A stretch of 64,000 nt of DNA from Alphaproteobacteria bacterium (lineage in GTDB: Bacteria; Pseudomonadota; Alphaproteobacteria; RF32; CAG-239), in contig JAGCXO010000018.1 of the NCBI GenBank assembly GCA_017961285.1, positions 874 to 64,873 on the forward strand. Direction: 5' to 3'. Each line of letters starts with the position of its first letter. Position 1 is the stretch's first letter. Under the pieces are notes generated by a model. The model saw nothing but the letters and a program-made list of their open reading frames with translations. It did no database searches and was not told where the DNA came from. Below are positions 16,905-29,593 of the stretch, piece by piece. The translations under genes were made by a program, and so were the position numbers.

Positions 16905-19625
16905 ATGTCAAAAAAAATTTGCTTGGTTGACGGATCAGGTTACATATTTCGCGCTTTTTACGGCTTGCCGCCCATGACTGCACCGGACGGAACACCGGTA
17001 AACGCCGTATATGGCTTTACCAATATGATTATGAAATTAACCGCCAAAATAGATTGCGACTACAATCTTGTTTTGTTTGATGCCAAACGGCAAAATTTCC
17101 GCAATGACATATTTCCCGAATACAAAGCAAATCGCGCCGAACCTCCGGCTGAGTTGGTTCCGCAATTTTCCATAATCCGCCAAACCGTTGATGTATTGAG
17201 CCTCAACCATTTGGAAATAGAGGGCTATGAAGCGGACGACCTTATTGCCACCTATACCGAACAAGCGCTTTCTGCCGGCATGGAAGTCGTTATTGTTTCC
17301 GCCGACAAAGACCTTATGCAACTGATTAAAGATGGTGTAACTTTCTATGACCCGATGAAAGACAAGTTCATATCTCCCGAAGATGCCAAAGAAAAATTCG
17401 GTGTCTATCCCGAAAAAATTCCCGATGTGCAAGCTCTTTCCGGTGATAGCACCGACAACGTTCCCGGTGTCCCCGGTATCGGGCCGAAAACCGCAGCCGA
17501 ACTTGTAAATACATACGGCTCTTTGGAAGAGGTACTCTCGCATGCTTCAGAAATAAAACAAAACAAGCGCCGCGAAACACTCCTCGCCAATATTGAAAAC
17601 GCACAAATATCCCTGAAACTCGTAACTCTAAAGCCGGATGTTCCTGTTCCTCATCCTGTCAATTATTACACATTTCACTGTCCGGATATTGCAACCATAG
17701 AAAATTTTATAACTCAATATGCCTTCAACAGTCTCAAAAACAGGCTATTACACTGGGCAGAAGAACAATGTCAAAAAGCCGGAAAATCAACTTCAACTCA
17801 AGCAGTAAAATCATATTCTTTCAAAACAATAACCCACTGCCAAGACCTACAAAAATGGCTCAAAGAAAATCTCAAACAAACTTTAGCTGTAAAAACTTTG
17901 AGCTTTGGAAACAATCCGGTATTTGACAAACCTGTTGGGATTGCCCTTGCCACAGATGAATGTAATGCCGTGTTTATTCCTTTGCAAAGTCAGGATTCTC
18001 CCACAGATTTATTCAGCTTTGATAAACCCCGACAAATTACTTTTTCCGAGTTGGCGCCATGTTTACTGCCGATACTCAATACTCAAAATGTCCTGAAAAT
18101 CGGACATAATATCAAACTTGATATGCACTTCCTAAATATTATTTGCGACAATAAAACAGAACTTCTACCTTATGATGACATCGAAATCATGTCCTATGTT
18201 TTGGATTCCAATTTCCACGGACATAGCATACCGGAGCTTGCGGAACTTTTTCTGGACCGCAAATTGCAAAATTTCGATTCGGTTTTCGGAGCCGGCAAAC
18301 AAAAAAGTATCAGCGATTTGACCGCTGCCGCAACTTATATGTGCGAACAAGTTTCCGCTATATGCCAACTGCACAAAATATTCCGACCTCGTTTGCTTGC
18401 AGAACACATGGTTACTATTTATGAGCACTATGACCGTCCTTTGGCACAAACACTCTACCACATGGAAAAAAACGGCGTAATGGTAGATGCCTCACAGCTG
18501 GGCCTTTTGGATGAAGAATTTTCCCAAGAGCAAAAGAAACTCGAAGCTGAAATATATTCCATGGCAGGCGAAAAATTTAATATTGCCTCGCCAAAGCAAA
18601 TCGGAGAAATTCTATATACAAAACTGAACCTCTCCGGCAAAAAAAACAGCAGCGGAGGTTTTCAAACCGGTGCCGATGTTTTGGAACAAATGGCCGAAGA
18701 ACATCCTCTTCCCGCCAAAATTTTGGAATGGCGTGGTATTAGTAAACTCAAGAGCACATACACCCAAGCCTTGTTGCAACAACTTGACCGCAACCAGCGC
18801 ATCCACACTACCTATGGTCAAACCAATGTCAATACCGGTCGGTTATCATCTAACTCTCCAAACCTGCAAAACATTCCAATCCGCAGTGAAAACGGCAAAA
18901 AAATTCGTCGCTGTTTTATTGCTTCCAAAGGATGCAAACTCATTTCTGCCGACTACTCACAGGTAGAGTTGCGCCTGTTGGCTGTTTTGGCTGATGTAAA
19001 AGCCTTAAAAGAAGCCTTCAAACAAAACATAGACATTCACTCCGCTACCGCGATGCACGTCTTTGGTCTTGATAAAGAACAAGTAACGCCGGAGATTCGC
19101 CGCCATGCCAAGGCCATAAATTTCGGCATTGTTTATGGTATTTCTCAATACGGACTTGCCAAACAAATCGGTGTAAGTCCTGCTGAGGCCAAAAACTATA
19201 TTGATGCCTATTTTGCTAAAATGCCCGAAATAAAGACTTTTATGAATAAAACGATTGAATTTGCTCGCCAAAACGGCTTTGTGGTAACTCCTTTCGGGCG
19301 CAAATGCTCTGTTTTCGGAATTAACGACCAAAACAAAAGAATAGCATCATTTGCCGAAAGAGCCGCCATGAACGCTCCTTTGCAGGGCGGAGCCGCCGAC
19401 ATTATGAAGCGCGCCATGAACAACATGCACAAAAATTTAATCGACGGCGGTTTCAAATCGCGCATATTGCTACAAGTTCACGACGAAATGGTCATCGAGT
19501 CTCCGCTTAAAGAAGTGGAAAAAGTAAGTATTTTACTGAAAGAAACCATGGAAAACGCTGTCAATTATGACGTAAAATTTGTTGCCGAAGTCGGCATCGG
19601 GGACAATTGGGCCGAAGCTCACTAA
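16905..19625 (+). CDS. polA: DNA polymerase I
   Basis: Start at MSKKICLVDGSGYIFRAFYG after a caggag SD. Contains a 5' nuclease domain, a 3'-5' exonuclease-like domain and polymerase motifs (DYSQVELR, RRHAKAINFGIVYG, QVHDE). Confidence 0.9.
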   Translation: MSKKICLVDGSGYIFRAFYGLPPMTAPDGTPVNAVYGFTNMIMKLTAKIDCDYNLVLFDAKRQNFRNDIFPEYKANRAEPPAELVPQFSIIRQTVDVLSLNHLEIEGYEADDLIATYTEQALSAGMEVVIVSADKDLMQLIKDGVTFYDPMKDKFISPEDAKEKFGVYPEKIPDVQALSGDSTDNVPGVPGIGPKTAAELVNTYGSLEEVLSHASEIKQNKRRETLLANIENAQISLKLVTLKPDVPVPHPVNYYTFHCPDIATIENFITQYAFNSLKNRLLHWAEEQCQKAGKSTSTQAVKSYSFKTITHCQDLQKWLKENLKQTLAVKTLSFGNNPVFDKPVGIALATDECNAVFIPLQSQDSPTDLFSFDKPRQITFSELAPCLLPILNTQNVLKIGHNIKLDMHFLNIICDNKTELLPYDDIEIMSYVLDSNFHGHSIPELAELFLDRKLQNFDSVFGAGKQKSISDLTAAATYMCEQVSAICQLHKIFRPRLLAEHMVTIYEHYDRPLAQTLYHMEKNGVMVDASQLGLLDEEFSQEQKKLEAEIYSMAGEKFNIASPKQIGEILYTKLNLSGKKNSSGGFQTGADVLEQMAEEHPLPAKILEWRGISKLKSTYTQALLQQLDRNQRIHTTYGQTNVNTGRLSSNSPNLQNIPIRSENGKKIRRCFIASKGCKLISADYSQVELRLLAVLADVKALKEAFKQNIDIHSATAMHVFGLDKEQVTPEIRRHAKAINFGIVYGISQYGLAKQIGVSPAEAKNYIDAYFAKMPEIKTFMNKTIEFARQNGFVVTPFGRKCSVFGINDQNKRIASFAERAAMNAPLQGGAADIMKRAMNNMHKNLIDGGFKSRILLQVHDEMVIESPLKEVEKVSILLKETMENAVNYDVKFVAEVGIGDNWAEAH

Positions 19626-19742
19626 AAAACTTTCTTTACCCGCAAAAATTTATGCACAAAAACAGTTAATTTTTATGACTTTTTACTATGATTTACAAAC
19701 AAAACGTTGTATATTTCTAGCAATAAATTTTGATTATCTTAA

Positions 19743-22211
<2,469 letters not shown>

Positions 22212-22515
22212 TTATCCTAAATTTTTCAAAAAAAAATAGGGCACATAAAAGTGCTCTATTTTTTTGTGGTCCGACTATAAGGAGTATTTTTATACAAACC
22301 TGCGCATTGATTCGCCAAATAATAATTATCCGGCTGCGGCGCAGACACTCCCGACGAAACTTCGCTTGGAACATCTAACTTATACCCTTTGAGCAACCCC
22401 AAAGCTTCCATAACAAAAAGCAACAATAATTTTTTCTCTTTCATAAGCATAATTTTAATAATAGATTTCACTGGATTTATTCTTATAAAAAACGACTATA
22501 CTTGTCAACGTATTA

Positions 22516-23478
22516 TTATTTACTTTTCAAGCTGTTTCTATATGCAACAACATTTTCATTATGCTTACTCAAACTGTTGGCAAATTTATGCCCGCCATAT
22601 CCGCTGGCCACAAAATATAAATAATCAACATTACTCGGATTGACCGCCGCTTGCATTGCTTCTTTTCCCGGATTACAAATCGGAGCCGGCGGCAGACCAT
22701 AATTGCGATAAGTATTATACGGGCTGTCAAACTCCAAATCTTTTTTCAACAACGGGCGTCCCAAATCTTTTTCACCCTTAGTAATCGCATAAATAACCGT
22801 CGGATCAGTCTGCAACATCATACCTTTTTTCAATCTGTTCACAAAAACCGCCGCCACATCAAAGCGCTCCTCAGGCACACCAGTTTCTTTTTCTATAATC
22901 GAGGCCAAAACCAGCAACTGATTTTTATCCGCTAAAAAATCTGTTTTTTGTTGTTTCCAAAGCTCATTCAAAAATTTTTTCATTGCATTTTGAGCCTGCA
23001 AAACAACACTGTTTCTTGAATCACCCTTTGAAAAACTATATGTTTCGGGCAATACCGAACCTTCCGGCATATCAACCGTAATCTCTCCGACAAGATTTAC
23101 CTCATTCTCCAAAATTTCTCTGATTTGCGCACAAGTCAACCCCTCGGGAAAAGTGATTTTTCGATAAGAAACATCACCTTTCAACAACTTATCGGCAATT
23201 TCTAACATATTAATTTTTGGAGCAAATAGATATTCGCCTGCACGCAATTTCTTATCAACACCCAACGTCCTGCTGACAATTCTAAAAAGTAATGAAGAAT
23301 TTATAATATCCGCCTGCTTCAAACCGCTTGCGATTTGCCTGACCGAAGCCCCTTTTTCAACCACAAAACTCACTTCTTGAGACAAATTATTCGGCTTTTT
23401 AAGCTGATAAAAACAAAAACCGCCCGCTAACAGCAAAGAAAAAATCAACAATAATATAAAAATTATCGCCTTTTTCAA
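22516..23478 (-). CDS. mltG: Endolytic murein transglycosylase MltG (YceG-like)
   Basis: 320 aa with an N-terminal anchor and YceG motifs (ASIIEKE, YNTYRNYGLPPAPICNPG). Confidence 0.85.
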   Translation of the reverse strand: MKKAIIFILLLIFSLLLAGGFCFYQLKKPNNLSQEVSFVVEKGASVRQIASGLKQADIINSSLLFRIVSRTLGVDKKLRAGEYLFAPKINMLEIADKLLKGDVSYRKITFPEGLTCAQIREILENEVNLVGEITVDMPEGSVLPETYSFSKGDSRNSVVLQAQNAMKKFLNELWKQQKTDFLADKNQLLVLASIIEKETGVPEERFDVAAVFVNRLKKGMMLQTDPTVIYAITKGEKDLGRPLLKKDLEFDSPYNTYRNYGLPPAPICNPGKEAMQAAVNPSNVDYLYFVASGYGGHKFANSLSKHNENVVAYRNSLKSK

Positions 23479-24749
23479 TTTTCAAACTTTCTGAAAATTA
23501 TTGAAGAATTTGTTCCACCGAACCCGAAAGAATTCGACATTGCCGCAGTAATTGATTTTTTCTTGGCCTTCAACGGCACCAAATCCATCCCCACAACTTC
23601 CGGCGCCGGATTTTCCAAATTAAGCGTCGGAGGGCACATTTGCTCATTTATAGCCTTAATTGTCAAAACCGATTCAACTGCACCGGCGGCCCCCAACAAA
23701 TGCCCTATTGCCGATTTTGTAGAAGACATTGAAACATTTTTCATATTTTCTCCAAACAAACGAGCAACCGCCATTGCTTCACCGACATCTCCTGCTGGAG
23801 TGGACGTTCCGTGGGCATTAACATAATTTATATCTTCAAGTTTTACCCCGTGTTCTTCGGCATGATTTACAGCCATCTTCATAGCGCGATACGCCCCATC
23901 TCCGGAAGGTGCCGTAATATGATAAGCATCACCGCTCATACCATAACCGACAATCTCGGCATAAATTTTTGCACCGCGTTTTTTTGCATGTTCAAGTTCT
24001 TCCAAAACCAAAGCACCAGAACCCTCGCCCATAACAAAACCGCTACGATTTTGATCCCAAGGACGAGAAGCCTTTTCCGGCTCGTCATTAAAATCTGCAG
24101 TAATTGCTTTCATTCTGGCAAAACCGGACAAACCAAGTATATTCACAGCCGATTCTGCACCGCCTGCCAACATCAAATCAGCATCACCACGCATTATCAT
24201 CGAGGCTGCATCACCGATTGCATGTGTTCCGGTTGAACAAGCGGTAACACAAGCATGATTAGGACCTTTAAGATTGAACTTAATTGACAAATGACCTGCA
24301 ATCATATTAATGAGGCAAGAAGGAATGAAAAACGGCGAAACTCTATGAATGCTTTTGTTTTCATTGATGATGGTAGAACACTCATAAATTGTACTCAAAC
24401 CACCGATACCCGACCCGAACATAACACCGGCACGATAGCTGTCTTCATCATCCGAAGGCTTCCAACCGCAATCCTGCATAGCATCCACACCGGCGGCCAA
24501 ACCGAACAGTATAAACTTGTCAACACGCCTCTGCTCTTTTGGATCCATAACTGTGTCCGGATCAAATTGATGAGCCTCTTTCCCGAAAGGAACCTGTCCG
24601 GCAATCTTAACCGGGGTATCGTATAGCTCTACATTTTCAATTTTTCTGATAGCAGATTTTCCTGCTACAATATTGTCCCAATTATAGTCAACTCCGCGTC
24701 CGAAAGGCGACAACATCCCCATACCGGTTACAACTACTCTTCTCATCAA
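23475..24749 (-). CDS. fabF: 3-oxoacyl-ACP synthase II
   Basis: 424 aa. Active-site ACVTACSTG, HGTSTPAGD and GHLLGAAG. Confidence 0.9.
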   Translation of the reverse strand: MMRRVVVTGMGMLSPFGRGVDYNWDNIVAGKSAIRKIENVELYDTPVKIAGQVPFGKEAHQFDPDTVMDPKEQRRVDKFILFGLAAGVDAMQDCGWKPSDDEDSYRAGVMFGSGIGGLSTIYECSTIINENKSIHRVSPFFIPSCLINMIAGHLSIKFNLKGPNHACVTACSTGTHAIGDAASMIMRGDADLMLAGGAESAVNILGLSGFARMKAITADFNDEPEKASRPWDQNRSGFVMGEGSGALVLEELEHAKKRGAKIYAEIVGYGMSGDAYHITAPSGDGAYRAMKMAVNHAEEHGVKLEDINYVNAHGTSTPAGDVGEAMAVARLFGENMKNVSMSSTKSAIGHLLGAAGAVESVLTIKAINEQMCPPTLNLENPAPEVVGMDLVPLKAKKKSITAAMSNSFGFGGTNSSIIFRKFEN

Positions 24750-24843
24750 TAATCCTTTTATAAATACACTATACAGGCCTTTTTTATATGAAAAAACTCG
24801 CTTTATGTCAAGCGAGTTTCAACATATATTCCAAAGACCGAGA

Positions 24844-25077
24844 TTAAGCGTTCTTATTCAAATAATCAATCGCATCTTTAACGGTTAGAATTTTCTCAGC
24901 AGCTTCATCAGGAATTTCGCATCCAAATTCTTCTTCAAATGCCATAACCAACTCTACTGTATCCAAGCTGTCTGCACCCAAATCGTCAATAAAACTGGCA
25001 GATTCTACTACTTTTGATTCTTCAACGCCAAGATGCTCTGCCACAATTTTCTTAACGCGATTAGCTGTATCAGTCAT
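24844..25077 (-). CDS. acpP: Acyl carrier protein
   Basis: Start at [12 protein letters not shown]. Phosphopantetheine site [14 protein letters not shown]. Confidence 0.9.
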   Translation of the reverse strand: MTDTANRVKKIVAEHLGVEESKVVESASFIDDLGADSLDTVELVMAFEEEFGCEIPDEAAEKILTVKDAIDYLNKNA

Positions 25078-25286
25078 TTGATAAACCTCTAAAATGTTAA
25101 ACACATAAAATTCTCGGGCATTTTGCTCCCGTTCTGTTTTGTTATCACAGTTTTATACAATTTGACAAGTATTATTTTAGTTTTATAGCAAAAATAATTA
25201 CATAGAACTATCTTACAGTATTGTTTTTTCTAAATTTTTACCTTTATTATAAAGTGTATAAAATTATCAAAAAATAAGGATTAGAA

Positions 25287-26222
25287 ATGAAAATTGGAAT
25301 AATTGGTGCCGGCGGAGTTGGTAGCACAACAGCTTTTGCCCTAATAATGAGAGGAATTGCCAGAAAAATTGTCCTCATCGACCAAAATCAATCGCGTGCA
25401 GAGGCCGAAGCCGAAGATATCGCCCACGCCGCCCCTTTTGCCTTTTCAAACAAAATAAAATCAGGAGACTATTCCGAGTTAAAAGGCTCAAACATAGTTA
25501 TTATAACCGCCGGAGCCAACCAAAAGGAAGGCCAAACCCGCAACGATCTCGCAAGCGCCAACTACAAAATTTTTACCCAAATCATACCCAAAATAGCGCA
25601 ATATGCTCCGGAATCCATTTTGCTTGTTGCCACCAATCCTGTAGATATTATGACTTTTGCCACACTGGAACTTTCTGATTTTCCCAAAAGCAGAGTTATC
25701 GGTAGCGGAACTGTCTTGGACACGGCCCGTTTTCGCACTCTTTTAGGATATCATCTCGGCGTTTCCCCATCTTCAATTCACGCCAATGTCTTGGGCGAAC
25801 ACGGCGACACAGAGGTTTTGTGCTGGTCAAATGCATTTGCAGGCTCTGTCCAAATTGAAGAACTGGCAAAAAACATAAATGTTCCCCTGACCAAACAAAT
25901 AAAAAAACAAATTGATGACCAAGTCCGCAACGCCGCCTACAAAATTATCAAAGGCAAAGGCTCAACCACCTTTGGAATTGCCGGCGCACTTGCCCGCATA
26001 TGCCAAGCCATAAACGCCAATGAATATGCCATTCTAAACACTTCATCACTACGCACCGAAGTTGAAGGGATAAAAAACGTTTGCCTTTCTTTGCCTTGCG
26101 TTATCGGCAAAAGAGGCATTCACACCCAATTATACCCCAAATTATCAAAGCCGGAGCACCTGCTCTTAAAAGAAAGCGCCATAAATATCAAAAACGTCAG
26201 CCAAACTGTTTTCAAACAATAA
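25287..26222 (+). CDS. ldh: L-lactate dehydrogenase (LDH/MDH family)
   Basis: 311 aa. Rossmann motif GAGGVGS. AGANQKEGQTRNDL carries Gln at the LDH-versus-MDH discriminating position. Catalytic GEHGDT. Confidence 0.75.
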   Translation: MKIGIIGAGGVGSTTAFALIMRGIARKIVLIDQNQSRAEAEAEDIAHAAPFAFSNKIKSGDYSELKGSNIVIITAGANQKEGQTRNDLASANYKIFTQIIPKIAQYAPESILLVATNPVDIMTFATLELSDFPKSRVIGSGTVLDTARFRTLLGYHLGVSPSSIHANVLGEHGDTEVLCWSNAFAGSVQIEELAKNINVPLTKQIKKQIDDQVRNAAYKIIKGKGSTTFGIAGALARICQAINANEYAILNTSSLRTEVEGIKNVCLSLPCVIGKRGIHTQLYPKLSKPEHLLLKESAINIKNVSQTVFKQ

Positions 26223-26262
26223 AAAACGCGACACTTCATATTCAAAGTGTCGCGTCAAAATT

Positions 26263-26811
26263 CTACGCAGGATGCTTAAGCAAATAATAATTTCGCAGAC
26301 GCAAATCGGCCATTTTCAAAAACATTTTTTTGACCTTTGCACAAAAAGGATACTCCTTTATAAAGAGATAAATACTTTTAGGCTTTGCCTGCAAAAGCTC
26401 TTTTTGGGCCAACGGACAAGGACAATGTTCCTTGTAATAAAGGGCTGCAATTTCCGGATTTCTGACCACCAATCGCTCATTCACCTTGTGACAAGAACAA
26501 TACTTAAAATATATTTCTTGCAAATCACGGCGACGAGTCTCCAACAGCTTTCTTTCATCCTCCAGCTTGAGTTGCCCATGCAACTTTATATACAGCTCAA
26601 ATTTTTCTCTGCCTTGAAAGATACGCGGCTTAAAGAGCTTCATAATTGCTTGGCTCTTCAAGGTATAAACCTCAATATAATGCCCAAAATCTCTCTTACT
26701 TGCATCTGTAACCAATTTTACCTGGTCGCTTAAATTTTCCGGTTCCATATATAATAATTTTAAAATGATTTTCGTTGCCCCTAATATCCTATTTGGAAAT
26801 ATTTTTGTCAA
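26263..26811 (-). CDS. Hypothetical protein with Cys/His clusters (start uncertain, possibly MEPENL at 26748)
   Basis: 182-aa ORF convergent with ldh across a shared hairpin. No motif I recognise. Contains CSCH..HCPCP..C. Confidence 0.4.
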   Translation of the reverse strand: MTKIFPNRILGATKIILKLLYMEPENLSDQVKLVTDASKRDFGHYIEVYTLKSQAIMKLFKPRIFQGREKFELYIKLHGQLKLEDERKLLETRRRDLQEIYFKYCSCHKVNERLVVRNPEIAALYYKEHCPCPLAQKELLQAKPKSIYLFIKEYPFCAKVKKMFLKMADLRLRNYYLLKHPA

Positions 26812-26890
26812 ATATTTTTTTGCTATTGCTAAAAAATTTATTTTGCGCTATTATTAAAGCATAAACGTCACTGATGGAGGATTATGAAAA

Positions 26891-27253
26891 ATGAAAAAAA
26901 TTGCCTTATTCACTGCACTTACTCTCGTTTTTATGACAGCAAATTGTTTAGCCGGCGTTACATTTATTGTCGATTCTCCACAACACACTAGCCGCAACAG
27001 CGGCGGTTCGGGTTATCACAACACCAACCCGACTGCACCAACCCAGCCTTCACCGGAAACAATATGTCGCAGCCGCGGCTACAACAGAAATGGTTGCCCC
27101 AGCGGACAATATGGCCTTATACCTTGCCCCGAAAGCGGAAACTTCTACAAATATTGTTGCCCTGAAGAAAACAGATATACACCGGAAGAATGCGAGCAAC
27201 AAGGCATGGTCGCTGTCGGAGGCGGTTGCCACGGCTTATATACCTGCAACTGA
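26891..27253 (+). CDS. Small secreted cysteine-rich protein
   Basis: SD ggagg upstream. The signal peptide is MKKIALFTALTLVFMTANCLAG. A Pro/Thr/Ser linker is followed by a C-terminal half with nine Cys, including a CC pair. Confidence 0.55.
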   Translation: MKKIALFTALTLVFMTANCLAGVTFIVDSPQHTSRNSGGSGYHNTNPTAPTQPSPETICRSRGYNRNGCPSGQYGLIPCPESGNFYKYCCPEENRYTPEECEQQGMVAVGGGCHGLYTCN

Positions 27254-27254
27254 T

Positions 27255-28112
27255 TTATATTTTTTGGAAAACTCCCGCAACAATACCCGCTATAACGGCA
27301 AAACTGTATAGTAAAGCTGTTATTTTAATATTCTCTTTGCGATTCGCATTAACTCTGAACAAAACCAAGAGCCCCACACCTGCTCCCGAAGAAAGTCCGG
27401 CAATCAGGGCTCCCAAACTCATAACTCCTTCAACCCACATCTGCAACAAAGCCACCGAAACTGAACAATTAGGCAAAAGCCCGATCATTGCCGCAATCAA
27501 AGGCCCGAATATTTGGTGTTGCAAAAGCGTATTATGATGCCAATTATTGCCAGTCACTTGCCAAATTAAACTTATTACCAAGCTGATAAGCCAAACAAAA
27601 ATCGTAATTTTTATGGCATGATATAAGGCCGGTCTGACAATTCCGTTCCCGGCGCAATGACAATCTTCCTTTTCGCACAAACTTTCAATATCAATTACTT
27701 GCTGTTTTTTCTGAATAAAAAACATGCACAAATACCCAAAAAACAAACCTATCACAAATTTAATTCCGATAATTTTTGCAATGGTTGCCAACGGAACCGA
27801 ATTTGATAACAAAATGGGTAACAATTCATCCGATGTAGTCAAAAATACAGCCATCAGCGTCCCTAAAGAAATAACTTTCGCCGCAAAAAGGTTCGCCGCC
27901 ACCGCCGCAAATCCGCATTGTGGCAACAAACCGCACACGGCACCGATAAACGGTCCTGTTTTTCTGGCTTTGGCAATCATATTGAGCGTTTTTTCCGAAG
28001 AATATCTCTCCAAATATTCCAAAACCAAATAGGTAAAAAATAAAAACGAAAAAAGACCTGCACAATCTTTCAAACTGTCAACAAAAATATCTACCAAAAA
28101 TTCCGCACTCAT
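27255..28112 (-). CDS. Polytopic membrane protein resembling the putative 10-TM heavy-metal exporter family (ArsP_2-like)
   Basis: 285 aa. Two similar halves each carry a GLLPxCxxS/A motif (GLLPQCGFAAV, GLLPNCSVSVA) and a central CEKEDCHC loop. Family assignment is from memory. Confidence 0.55.
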   Translation of the reverse strand: MSAEFLVDIFVDSLKDCAGLFSFLFFTYLVLEYLERYSSEKTLNMIAKARKTGPFIGAVCGLLPQCGFAAVAANLFAAKVISLGTLMAVFLTTSDELLPILLSNSVPLATIAKIIGIKFVIGLFFGYLCMFFIQKKQQVIDIESLCEKEDCHCAGNGIVRPALYHAIKITIFVWLISLVISLIWQVTGNNWHHNTLLQHQIFGPLIAAMIGLLPNCSVSVALLQMWVEGVMSLGALIAGLSSGAGVGLLVLFRVNANRKENIKITALLYSFAVIAGIVAGVFQKI

Positions 28113-28115
28113 GTC

Positions 28116-29516
28116 TTAACACTTTACATTTTTCGCCAAACCGGCCAAAGAAGTTTCTTTATATCTTGAGCTCAAGCTCAAACCGGTTTCATACATGGTT
28201 TTTATAATACTGTCCAAACTAACCAAATGAAAACTGTTGGTATTTCTCAACGCCAATCTTGCCGCATTAACCGCTTTTACCGCACCCATGGCATTACGCT
28301 CAATGCATGGTGCCTGCACCAATCCTTTGATCGGATCACATGTCAAGCCCAAATTATGCTCCATTGCAATCTCTGCGGCGTTTTCTATCTGTTGCAAAGT
28401 GCCGCCCAAAACAGCCACCAGCGCACCGGCCGCCATTGAACAAGCAACTCCTATTTCTCCCTGACAACCGACTTCAGCACCTGAAATCGAGGCATTTGAC
28501 CTATACAAACTGCAAATTGCCGAAGCCGTAGTCAAAAAAACCACATTAGCCTTTTCAACTGTATAAGGCGAGCGTCTGATTGCAAATCTTTGATAATATC
28601 TCATCACTGAAGGCAAAACACCGGCCGACCCCATTGTCGGCGCCGTAACAATCCTGCCTCCTGAAGCATTTTCTTCTGCCACTGCAATAGCCCACAAATT
28701 TATCCAATCAACAATTGTCAAAGCATCAACATCATTTTCAACAAAGCGAGAAGCTAAATCAGCATACATAACCGGCGCCCTGCGCTTAAGGTTCAATCCT
28801 CCCGGCAAAATCCCATCTTTAAGAATTCCTCTATCAATGGTGTTTTGCATAATCTGCGCCAAATTCAAAATTTCTTTATGCACACTCATTTCAGGATAAA
28901 GAGATTTCTCATTTTTCAAAACCAACTCGGATATCGTAAGTTTTTGATTTCGACATACATCAATCAATTGCTGGCAACTGTCAAACTGGTATGGAACTTT
29001 GTATGGTTTGCGCTCGATTCTTCTTTCCATTTCGTCACTGCGGGCAATAGTTCCTCCACCCACGGAAAAATATGTTTCTTCCAAAATAATTTTGCCGTTC
29101 TTATCATAAGCGGAAAATTTCATCCCATTAGAATGTTGCGGCAAAAAGACTTTCTTTTCCAAAATCAAATCTTTGTCATAATCAAAACCTATATTATGTT
29201 TCCCACCCAAACAAAGTTTTTTTGATTTTTTGCAAGCCGCAATATAGTCATATTCCAAATCCATTGTCGCCGCATCCAGTCCCATCAGACCGAATACAAT
29301 AGCCTTCAGAGTCCCGTGCCCTTCACCGGTCAAAGCCAAAGAGCCATAAAGTGTTACTTTAACATTTTTAACATCTTTATATTTTTTTTGAGACAATAAG
29401 TTTTCAACATAACGCTTTGCCGCCCTCATCGGACCGACCGTATGTGAACTCGAAGGTCCGATTCCCAAAGCAAAAATTTCAAACAAACTGTAATACATTT
29501 CATACCTCATTGCCAA
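28116..29516 (-). CDS. sdaA: L-serine dehydratase (single-chain, iron-sulfur dependent)
   Basis: 466 aa. N-terminal SLFEIFALGIGPSSSHTVGPMRAA, and C-terminal CxxxxC and GLTCDP motifs. The true start may be a few codons inside. Confidence 0.85.
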   Translation of the reverse strand: MAMRYEMYYSLFEIFALGIGPSSSHTVGPMRAAKRYVENLLSQKKYKDVKNVKVTLYGSLALTGEGHGTLKAIVFGLMGLDAATMDLEYDYIAACKKSKKLCLGGKHNIGFDYDKDLILEKKVFLPQHSNGMKFSAYDKNGKIILEETYFSVGGGTIARSDEMERRIERKPYKVPYQFDSCQQLIDVCRNQKLTISELVLKNEKSLYPEMSVHKEILNLAQIMQNTIDRGILKDGILPGGLNLKRRAPVMYADLASRFVENDVDALTIVDWINLWAIAVAEENASGGRIVTAPTMGSAGVLPSVMRYYQRFAIRRSPYTVEKANVVFLTTASAICSLYRSNASISGAEVGCQGEIGVACSMAAGALVAVLGGTLQQIENAAEIAMEHNLGLTCDPIKGLVQAPCIERNAMGAVKAVNAARLALRNTNSFHLVSLDSIIKTMYETGLSLSSRYKETSLAGLAKNVKC

Positions 29517-29593
29517 TATTAGCGTTTATATTTTATTTTGCAATTGGCTTTTTATTATTTTGTTGCTATCATTAGCGCACTAGAGAGGAAAAA

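Noticed and set aside
22256-22471. A 71-aa minus-strand ORF downstream of mltG.
   Set aside because: It has a GTG start with no SD and overlaps the gyrB/mltG bidirectional terminator region. There is no convincing signal peptide or motif.
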